Assembly: GCA_049518795.1 (NCBI GenBank)
Contig: JBEKRK010000001.1
Span: 583,506-647,505 of the forward strand
From: Sedimentisphaerales bacterium
GTDB taxonomy: Bacteria > Planctomycetota > Phycisphaerae > Sedimentisphaerales > UBA12454
Length of the DNA stretch: 64,000 nt
Reading direction: 5' to 3'
Every line of letters begins with the position of its first letter. The stretch's first letter is position 1. The translations under genes were made by a program, and so were the position numbers. The notes beneath the pieces are model-generated. The model was not told the origin of the DNA. It did no database searches and worked only from the letters and a program-made list of their open reading frames with translations. Positions 19,004 to 29,754 of this stretch are shown here, piece after piece.

Positions 19004-20869
19004 ATGAAAAAACCAATTTTATTTTTAGTGATGTGGGCAACTTTGCTTATTCCAACAGGAAACACCCTCGCCTTTAGCGGCTCCGGTTCAGGAACAGAAA
19101 CAAACCCATATATAATTACCAACGTTACTCAACTGCAGGAGATGCGATATTCCCTGTATGCGTGGTATCGGTTAGGTAATGACATCGATGCTTCTGAAAC
19201 TCAAGGCTGGAACAGCGGTGAAGGTTTCCTTCCGGTCGGAGATGGAGCCCATCCTTTTGCGGGTCACTTGCAGGGAAATGGCTTTAAAATTTCCGGTCTT
19301 TATATATACCGGGTAAGCACCGACTATGTCGGCTTGTTCGGAAAGGTAGCCGGCAACGCTACAATTGAAGACGTTACACTGACTGAACCTAATATGATAG
19401 CCCGAAACTACTGCGGAGCTTTGGCCGGATATACTGACGCTGCTCCTGTCGCTTGTCAATCCCTGAATAGCTATATTATCGGCAATGACTACGTCGGAGG
19501 ACTGCTCGGCCAAGTTACCGTTGATATGAATAATTGCAGTTCATCGCTTGTTGAAGTTCAGGGACACGACAGAGTCGGCGGACTTGTCGGTCAGAGCCGT
19601 TCCTTAATCAGCTGCAACTCCTCAGGACTCATACGCGGAAACTCTTATGTTGGTGGGTTGGCTGGAGGCGTCGATATTTTAGGTCCGATGGAAAACTGTA
19701 ATTCTTCAGCAGACATTACAGCAACCGGAGGAAGTGTTGGCGGATTAGTTGGCGACAGAGAGGGTAATAGCGGTATCACTATCACAAATAGCTATGCCAC
19801 CGGCTCCGTCAGAGGCACAGGCGAAAATATCGGAGGTTTAATCGGATTCAATTACTATTCTATAAGTTTTTGTTATTCTACAGGAAGTGTTGTAAGTTCT
19901 TCGAGAAATGTGGGCGGTTTAATTGGTTATGCATATAGTTCAGGAAACATAAGCAATTGTTATTCCACAGGTAACGTTACAAGTTATGGAACTTACAGCG
20001 CAGATGACCCGGCACCAGTAGGAGGACTAATCGGGTTCTGCTACGGATGGTGTTGCAACATTATTGACTGCCACGCCTCTGGCAATATTTACACCAATGG
20101 ATGTTCAGGTGTCGGGGGATTGATTGGCAGGTTTTATTACTGCGGGAGCATACAACGATGTTATTCTGCTGCACAGACTGTAACTGGTGCATCGCGGGTA
20201 GGTGGTTTAATAGGAAACAATGACGGCGGCGCGCAAATATCTCAATGCTTTTCTGTCAGCGATGTCAACGGCCAAGGCCATTACATCGGCGGACTCATCG
20301 GTTATAACATCGGCTCTATCTCAGTTTGTTATGTGGAGGGTAATATAATCGGTGAAGAGTATGATATCGGTGGACTGGTTGGCTACAACAGCAGCTCTAT
20401 CACAGACTGCTATGTGCGAGGCAGCGTAACCGGCGAGGAGTTCGTCGGCGGTTTTGTCGGCGAGAATGCTTCCAGCGGCAACATATTGAGGTGTTATTCA
20501 ACCGGAGCGGTGAATGGTCTTTATAATTCAGGCGGTTTTGCCGCCTGGAACAGCGGCGGCTGCAGCTATAACTACTGGGACACTGAAACCTCCGGCTGGC
20601 CAATCAGCGCCTGCGGGAACGGCAGGACAACGACACAAATGATGCAGCAGAGCACTTATGAGCCGGAATGGGATTTCGAGGCGGTTTGGGGCATCGACGA
20701 AGGCCACGACTATCCGGTCCTGATTATATTATTTTTTGAACCGGCCTGCGGCGACCCCTGGCATCCGTATCCGGTAGGCGATTTCAATCACGACTGCAAA
20801 GTTGATTTTGCAGACTTCGCCACATTCAGCTTGCACTGGCTCGAATGCACCGCCCCGGTATGCGATTGA
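19004..20869 (+). CDS. Secreted GLUG-motif repeat protein with C-terminal dockerin-like tail
   Basis: Signal peptide; GSGTETNPYII cap, many VGGL(I/V)G repeats, YWDTETSG end motif; tail PYPVGDFNHDCKVDFADFATFSLHWL. RBS AAGGAGG. Confidence 0.88.
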   Translation: MKKPILFLVMWATLLIPTGNTLAFSGSGSGTETNPYIITNVTQLQEMRYSLYAWYRLGNDIDASETQGWNSGEGFLPVGDGAHPFAGHLQGNGFKISGLYIYRVSTDYVGLFGKVAGNATIEDVTLTEPNMIARNYCGALAGYTDAAPVACQSLNSYIIGNDYVGGLLGQVTVDMNNCSSSLVEVQGHDRVGGLVGQSRSLISCNSSGLIRGNSYVGGLAGGVDILGPMENCNSSADITATGGSVGGLVGDREGNSGITITNSYATGSVRGTGENIGGLIGFNYYSISFCYSTGSVVSSSRNVGGLIGYAYSSGNISNCYSTGNVTSYGTYSADDPAPVGGLIGFCYGWCCNIIDCHASGNIYTNGCSGVGGLIGRFYYCGSIQRCYSAAQTVTGASRVGGLIGNNDGGAQISQCFSVSDVNGQGHYIGGLIGYNIGSISVCYVEGNIIGEEYDIGGLVGYNSSSITDCYVRGSVTGEEFVGGFVGENASSGNILRCYSTGAVNGLYNSGGFAAWNSGGCSYNYWDTETSGWPISACGNGRTTTQMMQQSTYEPEWDFEAVWGIDEGHDYPVLIILFFEPACGDPWHPYPVGDFNHDCKVDFADFATFSLHWLECTAPVCD

Positions 20870-20908
20870 GCAAAAAACAGTAAAACGAGTGAAATTTTCA
20901 GATTTTAC

Positions 20909-20942
20909 AAGAGCCGACTTCAAACAGAGTCGGCTCTTTTTT
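20909..20942 (+). terminator. Intrinsic terminator
   Basis: AAGAGCCGACT / AGTCGGCTCTT 11-bp stem, 8-nt loop, T-run. Confidence 0.85.
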
Positions 20943-20973
20943 GGATGATTTTATTCCTCTCTGCTTTATCTTA

Positions 20974-21002
20974 TTGACATAAATTGGCAAAGAATCTACA
21001 CT
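20974..21002 (+). promoter_or_regulatory. Sigma70 promoter for DAHP synthase
   Basis: TTGACA (20974-79), 17 nt, TACACT (20997-21002). Confidence 0.6.
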
Positions 21003-21013
21003 AACTGAACAAT

Positions 21014-22057
21014 ATGGAAATCACAGACAATCTAAATATTGTGCAGTTTAAGTCGCTGATAACGCCTGAGCAGCTTAAGGAGAAATACCCGCCGACGGAC
21101 GAAACCTCGCATCTGGCGGCACAGGCCCGCAGGGATATACAGGCAATCCTGACAAACAGAGACAAAAGACGCATCGTCATCGCAGGCCCCTGTTCACTGC
21201 ACGACAGTAAAGCCTCATTCGATTACGCCGCCCGGCTGAAAAAACTTCAGGACAAATTTCAGCAAAAGCTCCTGATTATAATGCGGACGTATTTTGAAAA
21301 GCCGCGAACATCTATCGGCTGGAAAGGAATGATTTACGACCCGTTCCTTGACGGCTCGTATGATATTGAAGAAGGTCTTACACGTGCTCGTGATATTTTG
21401 CTTGAAATAAGCAAAACCGGCCTGCCCTGCGCGACTGAATTTCTGGACCCAATTGTGCCTCAGTATCTTGCCGATTTGATTTCTTGGGCCGCTATCGGGG
21501 CAAGAACAACTGAATCGCAAATACATCGTCAAATGGCCAGCGGCCTGTCAATGCCGATAGGTTTTAAAAACTCAACTGATGGAAATCTCATCTCTGCCGT
21601 TGATGCGGTTAAAGCTGCCGCAAGTCCTCATTCGTTTCTGGGCATCAGCCGAACCGGCCAGGTTATTATCGCTGAAACACGCGGCAATAAATATGGCCAT
21701 TTGGTTATGAGAGGCGGAATGGACTGCCCAAATTATGCCGCCGAATATGTCGCCTTCGCAGGCGTTCTGCTGCAAAAAGCAGGTATCGGCAATGGTCTTA
21801 TCATTGATTGCAGTCACGCCAATTCTGATAAGAACTATCGTCTTCAGCGAAAAGCTTTTATTGATGTGGCTGGGCAAGTTAAATCCGGAACAACACTGAT
21901 TGCCGGCGTAATGCTCGAAAGTTTTATAGTCGCAGGAAACCAAAAGCCCGCAAAACCGCAGACACTTACTTACGGCCAGTCTGTCACAGACGGTTGTATC
22001 GGCTGGGAAGAAACGGAAGAGCTAATCGACATATTTGCCGATGCGGTAAGATTATAA
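21014..22057 (+). CDS. 3-deoxy-7-phosphoheptulonate (DAHP) synthase, class I-alpha (AroF/G/H type)
   Basis: GPCSLHD, YFEKPRT.IGWKG, IGARTTESQ.HR, GFKN, DCSHANS and YGQSVTDGCI. Confidence 0.95.
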   Translation: MEITDNLNIVQFKSLITPEQLKEKYPPTDETSHLAAQARRDIQAILTNRDKRRIVIAGPCSLHDSKASFDYAARLKKLQDKFQQKLLIIMRTYFEKPRTSIGWKGMIYDPFLDGSYDIEEGLTRARDILLEISKTGLPCATEFLDPIVPQYLADLISWAAIGARTTESQIHRQMASGLSMPIGFKNSTDGNLISAVDAVKAAASPHSFLGISRTGQVIIAETRGNKYGHLVMRGGMDCPNYAAEYVAFAGVLLQKAGIGNGLIIDCSHANSDKNYRLQRKAFIDVAGQVKSGTTLIAGVMLESFIVAGNQKPAKPQTLTYGQSVTDGCIGWEETEELIDIFADAVRL

Positions 22058-22945
22058 CAATGCAGTGCTGAAATATCTTTCAGCCCTGTCGGGCAGAACG
22101 GTTGCGATATTACCTTTGTATTTTTTAGCGAGCTGACGGGCTGCCCAGATATTGGCGCCGGAAGAAATCCCGACAAGCAAACCAAAAGAGCTGCCTAATT
22201 GCCTTGTCGTATCAATCGCATCCTCATCAGTAACTTCAATAACCTCATCCACAAGCGAGACATCCAGCACGGCGGGGATAAAGCCATCGCCGATGCCCTG
22301 AATCTGATGCAGACCCGGCTCGTGGCCTAAAAGAGCGCTTACATTTTTCGGTTCTACCGCAACTATTTTTGTTTCCTTTTTATGTTCCTTGAGAAATTTC
22401 CCAACGCCTTGCAGTGTTCCGCCGCTGCCGACGCCGGCGACAAAACAGGTAATATCGCCGCTCATCTGCCGCCATAGCTCCACAGCCGTTTGTTCGTAGT
22501 GGCAACGAGGATTATCTGGATTTTCAAACTGCTGCGGCACAAAAATTCGCTTATCTTCAGCGGCCATTTGTTTTACCTTTTCAACTGCCCCGCCGATACC
22601 TTTTTCACCTTCAGTCAAAATCAATTCGGCTCCGAGAGCTTTGATGAGCTTTTTTCTTTCCTCGCTCATACTTTCCGGCATTACAATTTTGACTTTATAG
22701 CCTTTGAGCCTGCCGACGAGTGCAACGCCGATGCCTGTATTTCCGCTGGTCGGCTCCATAATTATCGAATCGGGTTTTAATCTGCCGTCGCGTTCGGCGC
22801 CTTCGAGCATAGCGAGGGCTACCCTGTCTTTAATGCTTCCGCCGGGGTTAAGAAACTCGGCCTTGGCGTAAACGCTTTCCCCTCTTAGCCTTATAAGCGG
22901 TGTGTTGCCTATCAAATCAAGAATGTTATCTGTAAGCATAGTCAT
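22052..22945 (-). CDS. cysK: Cysteine synthase A
   Basis: KAEFLNPGGSIKDR (PLP Lys), EPTSGNTG, QFENPDN, GVGSGGT and IQGIG. Confidence 0.9.
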   Translation of the reverse strand: MTMLTDNILDLIGNTPLIRLRGESVYAKAEFLNPGGSIKDRVALAMLEGAERDGRLKPDSIIMEPTSGNTGIGVALVGRLKGYKVKIVMPESMSEERKKLIKALGAELILTEGEKGIGGAVEKVKQMAAEDKRIFVPQQFENPDNPRCHYEQTAVELWRQMSGDITCFVAGVGSGGTLQGVGKFLKEHKKETKIVAVEPKNVSALLGHEPGLHQIQGIGDGFIPAVLDVSLVDEVIEVTDEDAIDTTRQLGSSFGLLVGISSGANIWAARQLAKKYKGNIATVLPDRAERYFSTALL

Positions 22946-23076
22946 TACCTCAACTTAAGGCTGACAGAATACTGATTTTTTCATGGTTCGTCAAATACTT
23001 TCAGCCCACCAGGCAATTCTTGCAGTAAAGCTTAATAGAAGTTATACTTACACCCTTTAATATAAAGGATTTGTAA

Positions 23077-24582
23077 ATGTTAGACGATACAAAAGCCACA
23101 AGACACACAACGGCAGAGTCAATCGCAAATACTTTTGAATGGCTCATCACCGCCTTTATTCTCGCGTTTGTATTCAGGGCGTTTATTCTCGAAGCCTTTC
23201 GCATACCGACCGGCAGTATGGCTGATACGCTGATGGGCGACCATTTCAGAATCTGCTGCACACAATGCGGCTACAGCTACGAATACAATTTCAATCCTTA
23301 TATACAGAAAAATTACCAGGTCCGCACCGACCCAGGCCTTTACCAATTGATGCCTTCGCCAAGATGCCCAAGCTGCGGCTATTACGAAAATCCCAACACG
23401 CTTGTTCCCAAGTCCAACGGCGACAGGATTCTCGTTTTTAAAAGTCTCTACCAGTTTACTGAGCCAAAAAGATGGGACGTAATCGTCTTCAAAAATCCCA
23501 TTGACCCCAGGGAAAACTACATAAAGAGACTTATCGCAAAGCCCGGCGAAACGCTCGAAATAATCGACGGCGATATATATATAAATAATGTTCTTCAAAG
23601 AAAACCGCCGAAGGTGCAGCAGGAAATGTGGATGTGTATTTACAATAATGATTATCAGCCGATACGTCCAACGGAAGGCAGATTCAACAATCATCAATGG
23701 CAGCAGCCGTTCACAAATGATAAAGATTCTCAATGGAAATATAATCCCTCAAAGCCGACGGAATTTACACTCGAAAGCAGCTCTGAAAAACCTCAAATAA
23801 TGTTTTATAACACGTCAAAGGGCAATAACTTTAGAGCGGTCTATGCTTATGGCGACCCGCGATTTTATCGCGATATACCCTTCTGCAGCGACCTGATGAT
23901 GAACTATTACGCAAAATTCAAAGGCGATAACGATACAGTTGGTATCGGTCTAACTAAATATGAAACGCTATATAAGGCTCAGGTAAATTCACTTGGCATA
24001 ATGATAATTGAAAAGGTTGATTCAGCCGGCAAGTCAGTTGAGCTTGCCCGCAGAGAAATTTTACCGCCGGGGCAAAACAAAAGTTTTTTTGTCCAATTTG
24101 CTAATGTTGACCATCAGCTTATTTTTGAAATTGACGGCCAAAAGCTTACTTGCGACCTCGGCACCGGCAAAGATGATGCCGGTCAGCGGCGAAGCGAGAT
24201 AGAGCCAAAGGCTTTTATTTTCGGTGCAGGCAATTTATCACTGCTGCACGTTGCCTTATACCGCGATATACATTATCTTGGAATTCGGCCTGATTCTCAT
24301 CAACCAGTCGACCGGGCAGGCGAAAATAATCCTTTTACACTCGGAAAAGATGAGTTTTTCGCTATGGGCGATAACAGTCCTGACAGCCTCGACTCACGCC
24401 TGTGGAGTACCGAAGGCATCGGAAATAACGGCTATACTTACAGGATGGGCATAGTTCCACGTGATTATCTCGTCGGCAAAGCCTTTTTTGTCTATTGGCC
24501 AAGCGGTTTTCGTGTGGACGCATCCAGATTAGCTCTTGTTCCAAATGTAGGCCGGATGAGATTCATTTACGGGGGAATATAA
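23077..24582 (+). CDS. lepB: Signal peptidase I with large insertions
   Basis: FRIPTGSMADTL (Ser), YIKRLI (Lys), MGDNSPDSLDSR (box E); Cys-pair insert CTQCG...CPSCG. Confidence 0.9.
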   Translation: MLDDTKATRHTTAESIANTFEWLITAFILAFVFRAFILEAFRIPTGSMADTLMGDHFRICCTQCGYSYEYNFNPYIQKNYQVRTDPGLYQLMPSPRCPSCGYYENPNTLVPKSNGDRILVFKSLYQFTEPKRWDVIVFKNPIDPRENYIKRLIAKPGETLEIIDGDIYINNVLQRKPPKVQQEMWMCIYNNDYQPIRPTEGRFNNHQWQQPFTNDKDSQWKYNPSKPTEFTLESSSEKPQIMFYNTSKGNNFRAVYAYGDPRFYRDIPFCSDLMMNYYAKFKGDNDTVGIGLTKYETLYKAQVNSLGIMIIEKVDSAGKSVELARREILPPGQNKSFFVQFANVDHQLIFEIDGQKLTCDLGTGKDDAGQRRSEIEPKAFIFGAGNLSLLHVALYRDIHYLGIRPDSHQPVDRAGENNPFTLGKDEFFAMGDNSPDSLDSRLWSTEGIGNNGYTYRMGIVPRDYLVGKAFFVYWPSGFRVDASRLALVPNVGRMRFIYGGI

Positions 24583-24611
24583 GAGGTATTGATTTTGAAG
24601 TTTCGCTTTTG

Positions 24612-26246
24612 TTAAGCTGAAACCGGTGTCAGATGACGGCTTATAACCTTAACAAGATTATTTTTGTCAGTTGTTTTTGAGATATATTCGTCACAGCCGG
24701 CGGAAAGGCTTTGCTTCCTTTCGTCCTCTTCTATATCGGAAGTTATCACTATTATTGGTGTTTCCACTCTAAAGCTTCGCAACCTTTTCACAGCGGCAAA
24801 GTCGTTCATCTCCGGCATCTGCACATCCATAAAAATCAATTCAAAATGCTGCTTTTTAACTGCTTCGATTGCTTCGAGCCCATTGGCTGCAAGCGTTACG
24901 ACAAAGCCCAATTCTTCAAGTAGCGTCTTTATCGATGCCTGGCTCGGCCGGCAGTCTTCAGCAACAAGCACTCTACCGGAAAACTCGACCCGCAGATTAT
25001 CCTGTCCGGCCGCAAGCTCTTCATCAGATATTTCGTTTTGTTCGTTTTCGACCGTATTCAGCGGTATGGTAAGTCTGAATATTGAGCCTTTTGACAGTTC
25101 GCTCTCGACGCTTATATCTCCTCCCATCAGAACTGCGATTTGTTTTGTTATTGTCAATCCCAGTCCTGTCCCGCCATATTTGCGCGTCATACTGCCGTCC
25201 GCCTGAGTAAACGCCTCAAAAATAGCATTGAGTTTTTCTGCCGGTATTCCAATACCCGTATCAAAAACTGCAAATTCTAAAAACGGTTTGCCGTCCTTTT
25301 CTATTTGCTGAGCTGTAACTTTAACATATCCCTGTTCAGTGAATTTTAAGGCATTACTTACAAGATTAAAGAGACACTGCCGCAGTTTCACGAGGTCTGT
25401 AATGATCATATGCGGCACATTGTCTGCACACTCAACTATGAACTGGAGCTGTTTATTTCTCGCGGTAGGCATCATCAGCGATTCGACATTAGCCAATACA
25501 GCCCTTATGTTACATTCAATATTCTCTGTCTCCATCTGGCCGGCCTCGATTTTTGAAAAATCAAGAATATCGTTAATCAGTTGCAGCAGATGTTTGCCGC
25601 TGTCAAGAATCATTTTTATGTATTCTTTTTGCTGCAGCGCCAACGGTTCTGCTGTAAGGACTTCGCTGAAGCCGATGATGGCATTCATAGGTGTTCTTAT
25701 TTCATGACTTATATTGGCCAGGAACTGACTTTTAGCAGCATTGGCTCTTTCAGCCTCGGCGGCCATTTCTTTTGCGGTTGTTGTAGCCTTAATCAGTCTT
25801 GCGTTTATATGTTCAAGCTCATTTTTCGTTTCAATGAGGCCGGCTTTTGTTTTTCTCCTTTCAATAGCATATCTTATTGTCCGCACTAAGGTATATTCAA
25901 GTCCCTCACCTTTTATCAGGTAATCTTCAGCGCCGTTGCGTATGGCCTCAAGACCCATATTCTCGTCGTTAAGCCCTGTAAGCACGACGATAGGAATATC
26001 AGGAACAGCATCGAAAACCCTTTGTACGGTTTCCATTCCCCTGCTGTCGGGAAGATTTAAATCGAGAAGAATAACGTCATATTTATTATTGGCAAGTTTT
26101 TCAAGAGATTCTGTAATTGTCTGCGCAGAATCTCCTTTGAACTTTACCAGATTAGCCGCCTTTGTCAGGACAATATCGACAAGCTTTCTGTCCAGTTCGT
26201 CATCGTCAACTACTAATACATTTACTGACTTGTCTGTCTGGCTCAT
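24612..26246 (-). CDS. Cytoplasmic hybrid histidine kinase (REC-HisKA-HATPase-REC)
   Basis: N-terminal receiver (LLDLNLPD), FLANISHEIRTPMN, NLVSNALKFT, DTGIGI, GGTGLGL; C-terminal receiver (FMDVQMP). Confidence 0.93.
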   Translation of the reverse strand: MSQTDKSVNVLVVDDDELDRKLVDIVLTKAANLVKFKGDSAQTITESLEKLANNKYDVILLDLNLPDSRGMETVQRVFDAVPDIPIVVLTGLNDENMGLEAIRNGAEDYLIKGEGLEYTLVRTIRYAIERRKTKAGLIETKNELEHINARLIKATTTAKEMAAEAERANAAKSQFLANISHEIRTPMNAIIGFSEVLTAEPLALQQKEYIKMILDSGKHLLQLINDILDFSKIEAGQMETENIECNIRAVLANVESLMMPTARNKQLQFIVECADNVPHMIITDLVKLRQCLFNLVSNALKFTEQGYVKVTAQQIEKDGKPFLEFAVFDTGIGIPAEKLNAIFEAFTQADGSMTRKYGGTGLGLTITKQIAVLMGGDISVESELSKGSIFRLTIPLNTVENEQNEISDEELAAGQDNLRVEFSGRVLVAEDCRPSQASIKTLLEELGFVVTLAANGLEAIEAVKKQHFELIFMDVQMPEMNDFAAVKRLRSFRVETPIIVITSDIEEDERKQSLSAGCDEYISKTTDKNNLVKVISRHLTPVSA

Positions 26247-26682
26247 AACTTGAACGCCTGCAAATGGTAAACCAATAATCTGTTAAGGTTTGCATTACTT
26301 CCTGAAAATCGGTGAGACTTACAGGTTTTTTGATATATCCGGCGGCCTGTAATCTGAAACTTTCGAGAATGTCCTTATCGGAATCGCTCGTAGTGAGGAT
26401 AACGACAGGTATTGCCTCAAATTGCGGGTCGGCTTTTATCTGTCTGAGGAATTCCTTGCCTCCCATACCGGGCATATTCAAATCAAGCAGAATAAGGTCC
26501 GGCAGAATATCCTTATTTTCCGGCGTCTTATTCTTTTTGAGGTAGCATAGAGCTTCTTCAGCACTGGATAATACCACAGGAATATTGGAAAGTCTTTGTT
26601 CCTTAAGCGACATTCTTATAAGTTTTTGGTCACCAAGGTCATCCTCTATCAGCATTATCGTAACCGGTTTATAGATATCCAT
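26206..26682 (-). CDS. Single-domain response regulator (Rcp1-like)
   Basis: IEDD, LILLDLNMPGMGG, VILTTSDS, AAGYIKKP. ATG at 26682 chosen from its GGGGA RBS (track start 26727). Confidence 0.9.
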   Translation of the reverse strand: MDIYKPVTIMLIEDDLGDQKLIRMSLKEQRLSNIPVVLSSAEEALCYLKKNKTPENKDILPDLILLDLNMPGMGGKEFLRQIKADPQFEAIPVVILTTSDSDKDILESFRLQAAGYIKKPVSLTDFQEVMQTLTDYWFTICRRSSYEPDRQVSKCISS

Positions 26683-26723
26683 TTTAAGTTCCCCATCAAA
26701 TTGATAAACTTCATTGCCGCCAA

Positions 26724-27167
26724 TCAAACTTTCACTACCGCTGAAGCTAAAAACCAGTAGCGGGTCATTTTTTTAACCACCTCATTAAACTCTTCCGGCA
26801 CAGCGGACTTCTGTATATATCCCGCTGCCTGTAAACGATAGCAGTCCTGGACATCGGTTTCCGAATCTGAGGTTGTAACCACAACAACTGGAATAGCACA
26901 CAATTCGTCATCTGCCTTGATTTCCCTTAAGAATTCCTTGCCGCCCATTCCCGGCATATTCAAATCAAGAAGTATTAAACAAGGCTTTTGATATTGTTCC
27001 GGAGCTTCTTTGCACATTTGAAGATAACTCATTGCTGCTTCTCCGGCAGGTGAAATCATTAGTTTCACACCATATTCCTGGTTCATAATTGCCGCTTTAA
27101 TCAGCTTTTGATCTCCAGGGTCATCCTCAATAATGAGAATCAGCAGTTCTTTTTTATCGCTTACCAT
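26724..27167 (-). CDS. Single-domain response regulator (Rcp1-like)
   Basis: IEDD, LILLDLNMPGMGG, VVTTSDS, AAGYIQKS. ATG at 27167 chosen from its AAGGGGG RBS (track start 27206). Confidence 0.9.
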   Translation of the reverse strand: MVSDKKELLILIIEDDPGDQKLIKAAIMNQEYGVKLMISPAGEAAMSYLQMCKEAPEQYQKPCLILLDLNMPGMGGKEFLREIKADDELCAIPVVVVTTSDSETDVQDCYRLQAAGYIQKSAVPEEFNEVVKKMTRYWFLASAVVKV

Positions 27168-27405
27168 ATCAGCCCCCTTATTCTCACAAATCTTTAACTT
27201 CTCCATAGCTGTGATTGCAGTCCATCCGTCGCCGGTTCAGTTTTAACCGACACCGTAAATAAAAATTGGACTTCTGTTGGGACTCAGATATTAAAACTAT
27301 TATCATTTTCACTTATTATTATCGAAAAATTCCGCACATTACTGAACATTCCCCAAACTTGTCTTATAAATTGTCCAATATTGCACGATTAACCCTATTT
27401 ACTTT

Positions 27406-29739
27406 TTAAAAATATTTATTACCGGACTTGTCTGCTACCCCATCCTTATTCTCTGCCGCAGCAACAGCTGATTTTTCTGCGATGGGCATTGTGAACCAGA
27501 ACGTAGAGCCTTTATCCGGCTGAGATTCGACACCGATTTTCCCGCCGTGACGCTCCACTATTTTCTTGCATACTGCAAGACCAATGCCTGTTCCCTCATA
27601 TTCATCACGCGAATGCAGGCGTTTGAACATTGTAAATATCGCACCCTGAAATTCCGGCTTAATACCTATACCATTATCTGTAACTTCTATCCTGACCATA
27701 CCATCAGACGCGGGCTTGCTTGTTATGATTATACGTGGAATATTGCCCTTCTTCTGATACTTGACGCCGTTTGCGATAAGGTTCTGCATAAGCTGTCTAA
27801 TCTGGGCAGGGTCAGCCTCAACACAGGGCAGCGATTGTGACTCGATAGTTACCTGTTTCTCTTCAATCAGCACGGCAAGTTCGAGCTGCTGCAGTTGTGT
27901 GACTATCTCATTAAGATCGACACCTTGCGAAGGGTGCGCCTGTGTGCTTACTCTCGAATAAACAAGAAGTCCTTCTATCATCTTTGTCATTCGCTGCGCG
28001 CCATCTATCATAAACTTAAGATTTTCAGCATCATCACCTGCAAGTTTGCCTTTGAGCGAGCTTCCCAGCATAGCGCCAAAAGCGGTAATCTTCCGCAATG
28101 GCTCACGCAAATCATGCGATGCTATATAGACAAAATTCTTCATCTCCTTATTGGTCTCTTCAAGCTCTGCTACGGTGTTTTCAAGGTCCCGATTGAGCCT
28201 CTTCATCATTTCTTCTGCCTCTTTCTGGCGGGTAATATCTATATCTGAGCCTCTGTAGCCGACAAGATTACCATCAATATCAAGTATAGGCACTCCGCTT
28301 GTTATCAACCATACAATCCGGCCGTCTTTGTGCACATTCGCATTCAGAAACCCCTTGAAAGACTGTTTTTCTGCAAACGCTGCGAATGCTGATTTTTTTA
28401 ATTCGTCTCTCTCTTTATCTGTAAACAGGTCGTAGAAATATTTTTTGCCGACAATTTCCTCCGGCCTATAGCCGAGCAGGTCTATAACGATAGAACTTGA
28501 ATAAGTATATAATCCATTCGCGTCAACTTCCCATACCCATTCGGAAGCATTGCTGACAATTTCCTGGAACCTTTTTTCGCTCTCCCTAAGATTGCCCTCT
28601 ATCTTCTTGCGCTCGCCAATTTCATTAATTAAGGAATTACGCGAAACTGTTGTTCTGTTTAAGTTCTCAACCATCTGATTGAAACTCGCAGCCAACTGCC
28701 CTATTTCACTCCGTGATTCAACTTCTATTCTTGTATCCATCCTGCCTTCGCCAATCTTTATGGCAGCGTCTCGTAAATCTATTATCGGTTTTGTCAGTCT
28801 TTTTGACAGATAAACGCCGGCTATGATAGCTAAGGTAAAACTCAGAAGTATCGTAAATGCCGTCAGTTTAATCGCCGTAATGACAGGTTGGTATGCCTCA
28901 CGGACTGGCAGCTCAACCACAACCGCCCAGTCAGGCATACCAAGCGGCGCATAACTGCTTACCACATAATTACCCTGAATACCCTTTGCTATACCGGCCT
29001 CATCGGAGACAGGAGATTTGTCGCTGCCTGTAAATTCAGACACCTCCCCTATATAGGCTAAATTCTCTCCCTTCAAAATGCGGCTGATATCGTCAAAAGC
29101 TATTAAATCCCCCTGTCTGTCAACCACATAAGCCAGGCCTGTTTTGCCAACTTTTATTGAACCCACTAAATCCCACATAAATTTCAGGTTCACCTCGGCC
29201 AGCAACACACCTCTAAAGTCGCGGAAAACATCCATAATCGGAACAGCCATTATTACCATAGGCTCGCTTGTTATTTCATCTATATATACCGAGCTGATAT
29301 ACATTTTGCCCTGATTTGTTTGAGAAAACAGTTCACTCTTTTTTTGCCCTGTTAATTTAATTGACAGTAAACTTGATAAACGAGAATCTCTCATCAATTC
29401 CTGTTCCTGCGAGTCAAACATAACCAGCTGGCGAAAGGCCGGTTCCAAACCCAGCAATTTTTCCAGAACTAATTTTTGCTCCTGCCCTGAAAAAGCTGTC
29501 AGATTGCCAAGGCCGGCCGCCGTTCTTAACATGTCAAATTCCCTCTGAATAAAACTCTTTACAGTATTGGCCGCCTCCTTGGCAACAAGCTGCTGCTGAC
29601 TGGCAATAATATGACGTTGGGTCTTGAAGTTAAAATATATCTGCAGGCTATTAGCAATCAGCAGGACTACCGCACTCAAAGCTAAAAAAGCAATGGCTAA
29701 TGTAACGGTCAAACTACGAAATTTTTTTATTTTTACCAT
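27406..29739 (-). CDS. Membrane sensor histidine kinase (Cache-HAMP-PAS-HisKA-HATPase)
   Basis: Two TM helices around a Cache-like region (YISSVY..., [14 protein letters not shown]), HAMP ([13 protein letters not shown]), PAS ([11 protein letters not shown]...DIT), [11 protein letters not shown] and GTGIGLA. Confidence 0.92.
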   Translation of the reverse strand: MVKIKKFRSLTVTLAIAFLALSAVVLLIANSLQIYFNFKTQRHIIASQQQLVAKEAANTVKSFIQREFDMLRTAAGLGNLTAFSGQEQKLVLEKLLGLEPAFRQLVMFDSQEQELMRDSRLSSLLSIKLTGQKKSELFSQTNQGKMYISSVYIDEITSEPMVIMAVPIMDVFRDFRGVLLAEVNLKFMWDLVGSIKVGKTGLAYVVDRQGDLIAFDDISRILKGENLAYIGEVSEFTGSDKSPVSDEAGIAKGIQGNYVVSSYAPLGMPDWAVVVELPVREAYQPVITAIKLTAFTILLSFTLAIIAGVYLSKRLTKPIIDLRDAAIKIGEGRMDTRIEVESRSEIGQLAASFNQMVENLNRTTVSRNSLINEIGERKKIEGNLRESEKRFQEIVSNASEWVWEVDANGLYTYSSSIVIDLLGYRPEEIVGKKYFYDLFTDKERDELKKSAFAAFAEKQSFKGFLNANVHKDGRIVWLITSGVPILDIDGNLVGYRGSDIDITRQKEAEEMMKRLNRDLENTVAELEETNKEMKNFVYIASHDLREPLRKITAFGAMLGSSLKGKLAGDDAENLKFMIDGAQRMTKMIEGLLVYSRVSTQAHPSQGVDLNEIVTQLQQLELAVLIEEKQVTIESQSLPCVEADPAQIRQLMQNLIANGVKYQKKGNIPRIIITSKPASDGMVRIEVTDNGIGIKPEFQGAIFTMFKRLHSRDEYEGTGIGLAVCKKIVERHGGKIGVESQPDKGSTFWFTMPIAEKSAVAAAENKDGVADKSGNKYF
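27488..28179. repeat. 692-bp near-identical duplicated kinase core, copy 1
   Basis: Matches 34511-35202 with one synonymous mismatch seen (27541 C vs 34564 T). Confidence 0.95.
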
Positions 29740-29754
29740 TCCGAATCTCGATAC

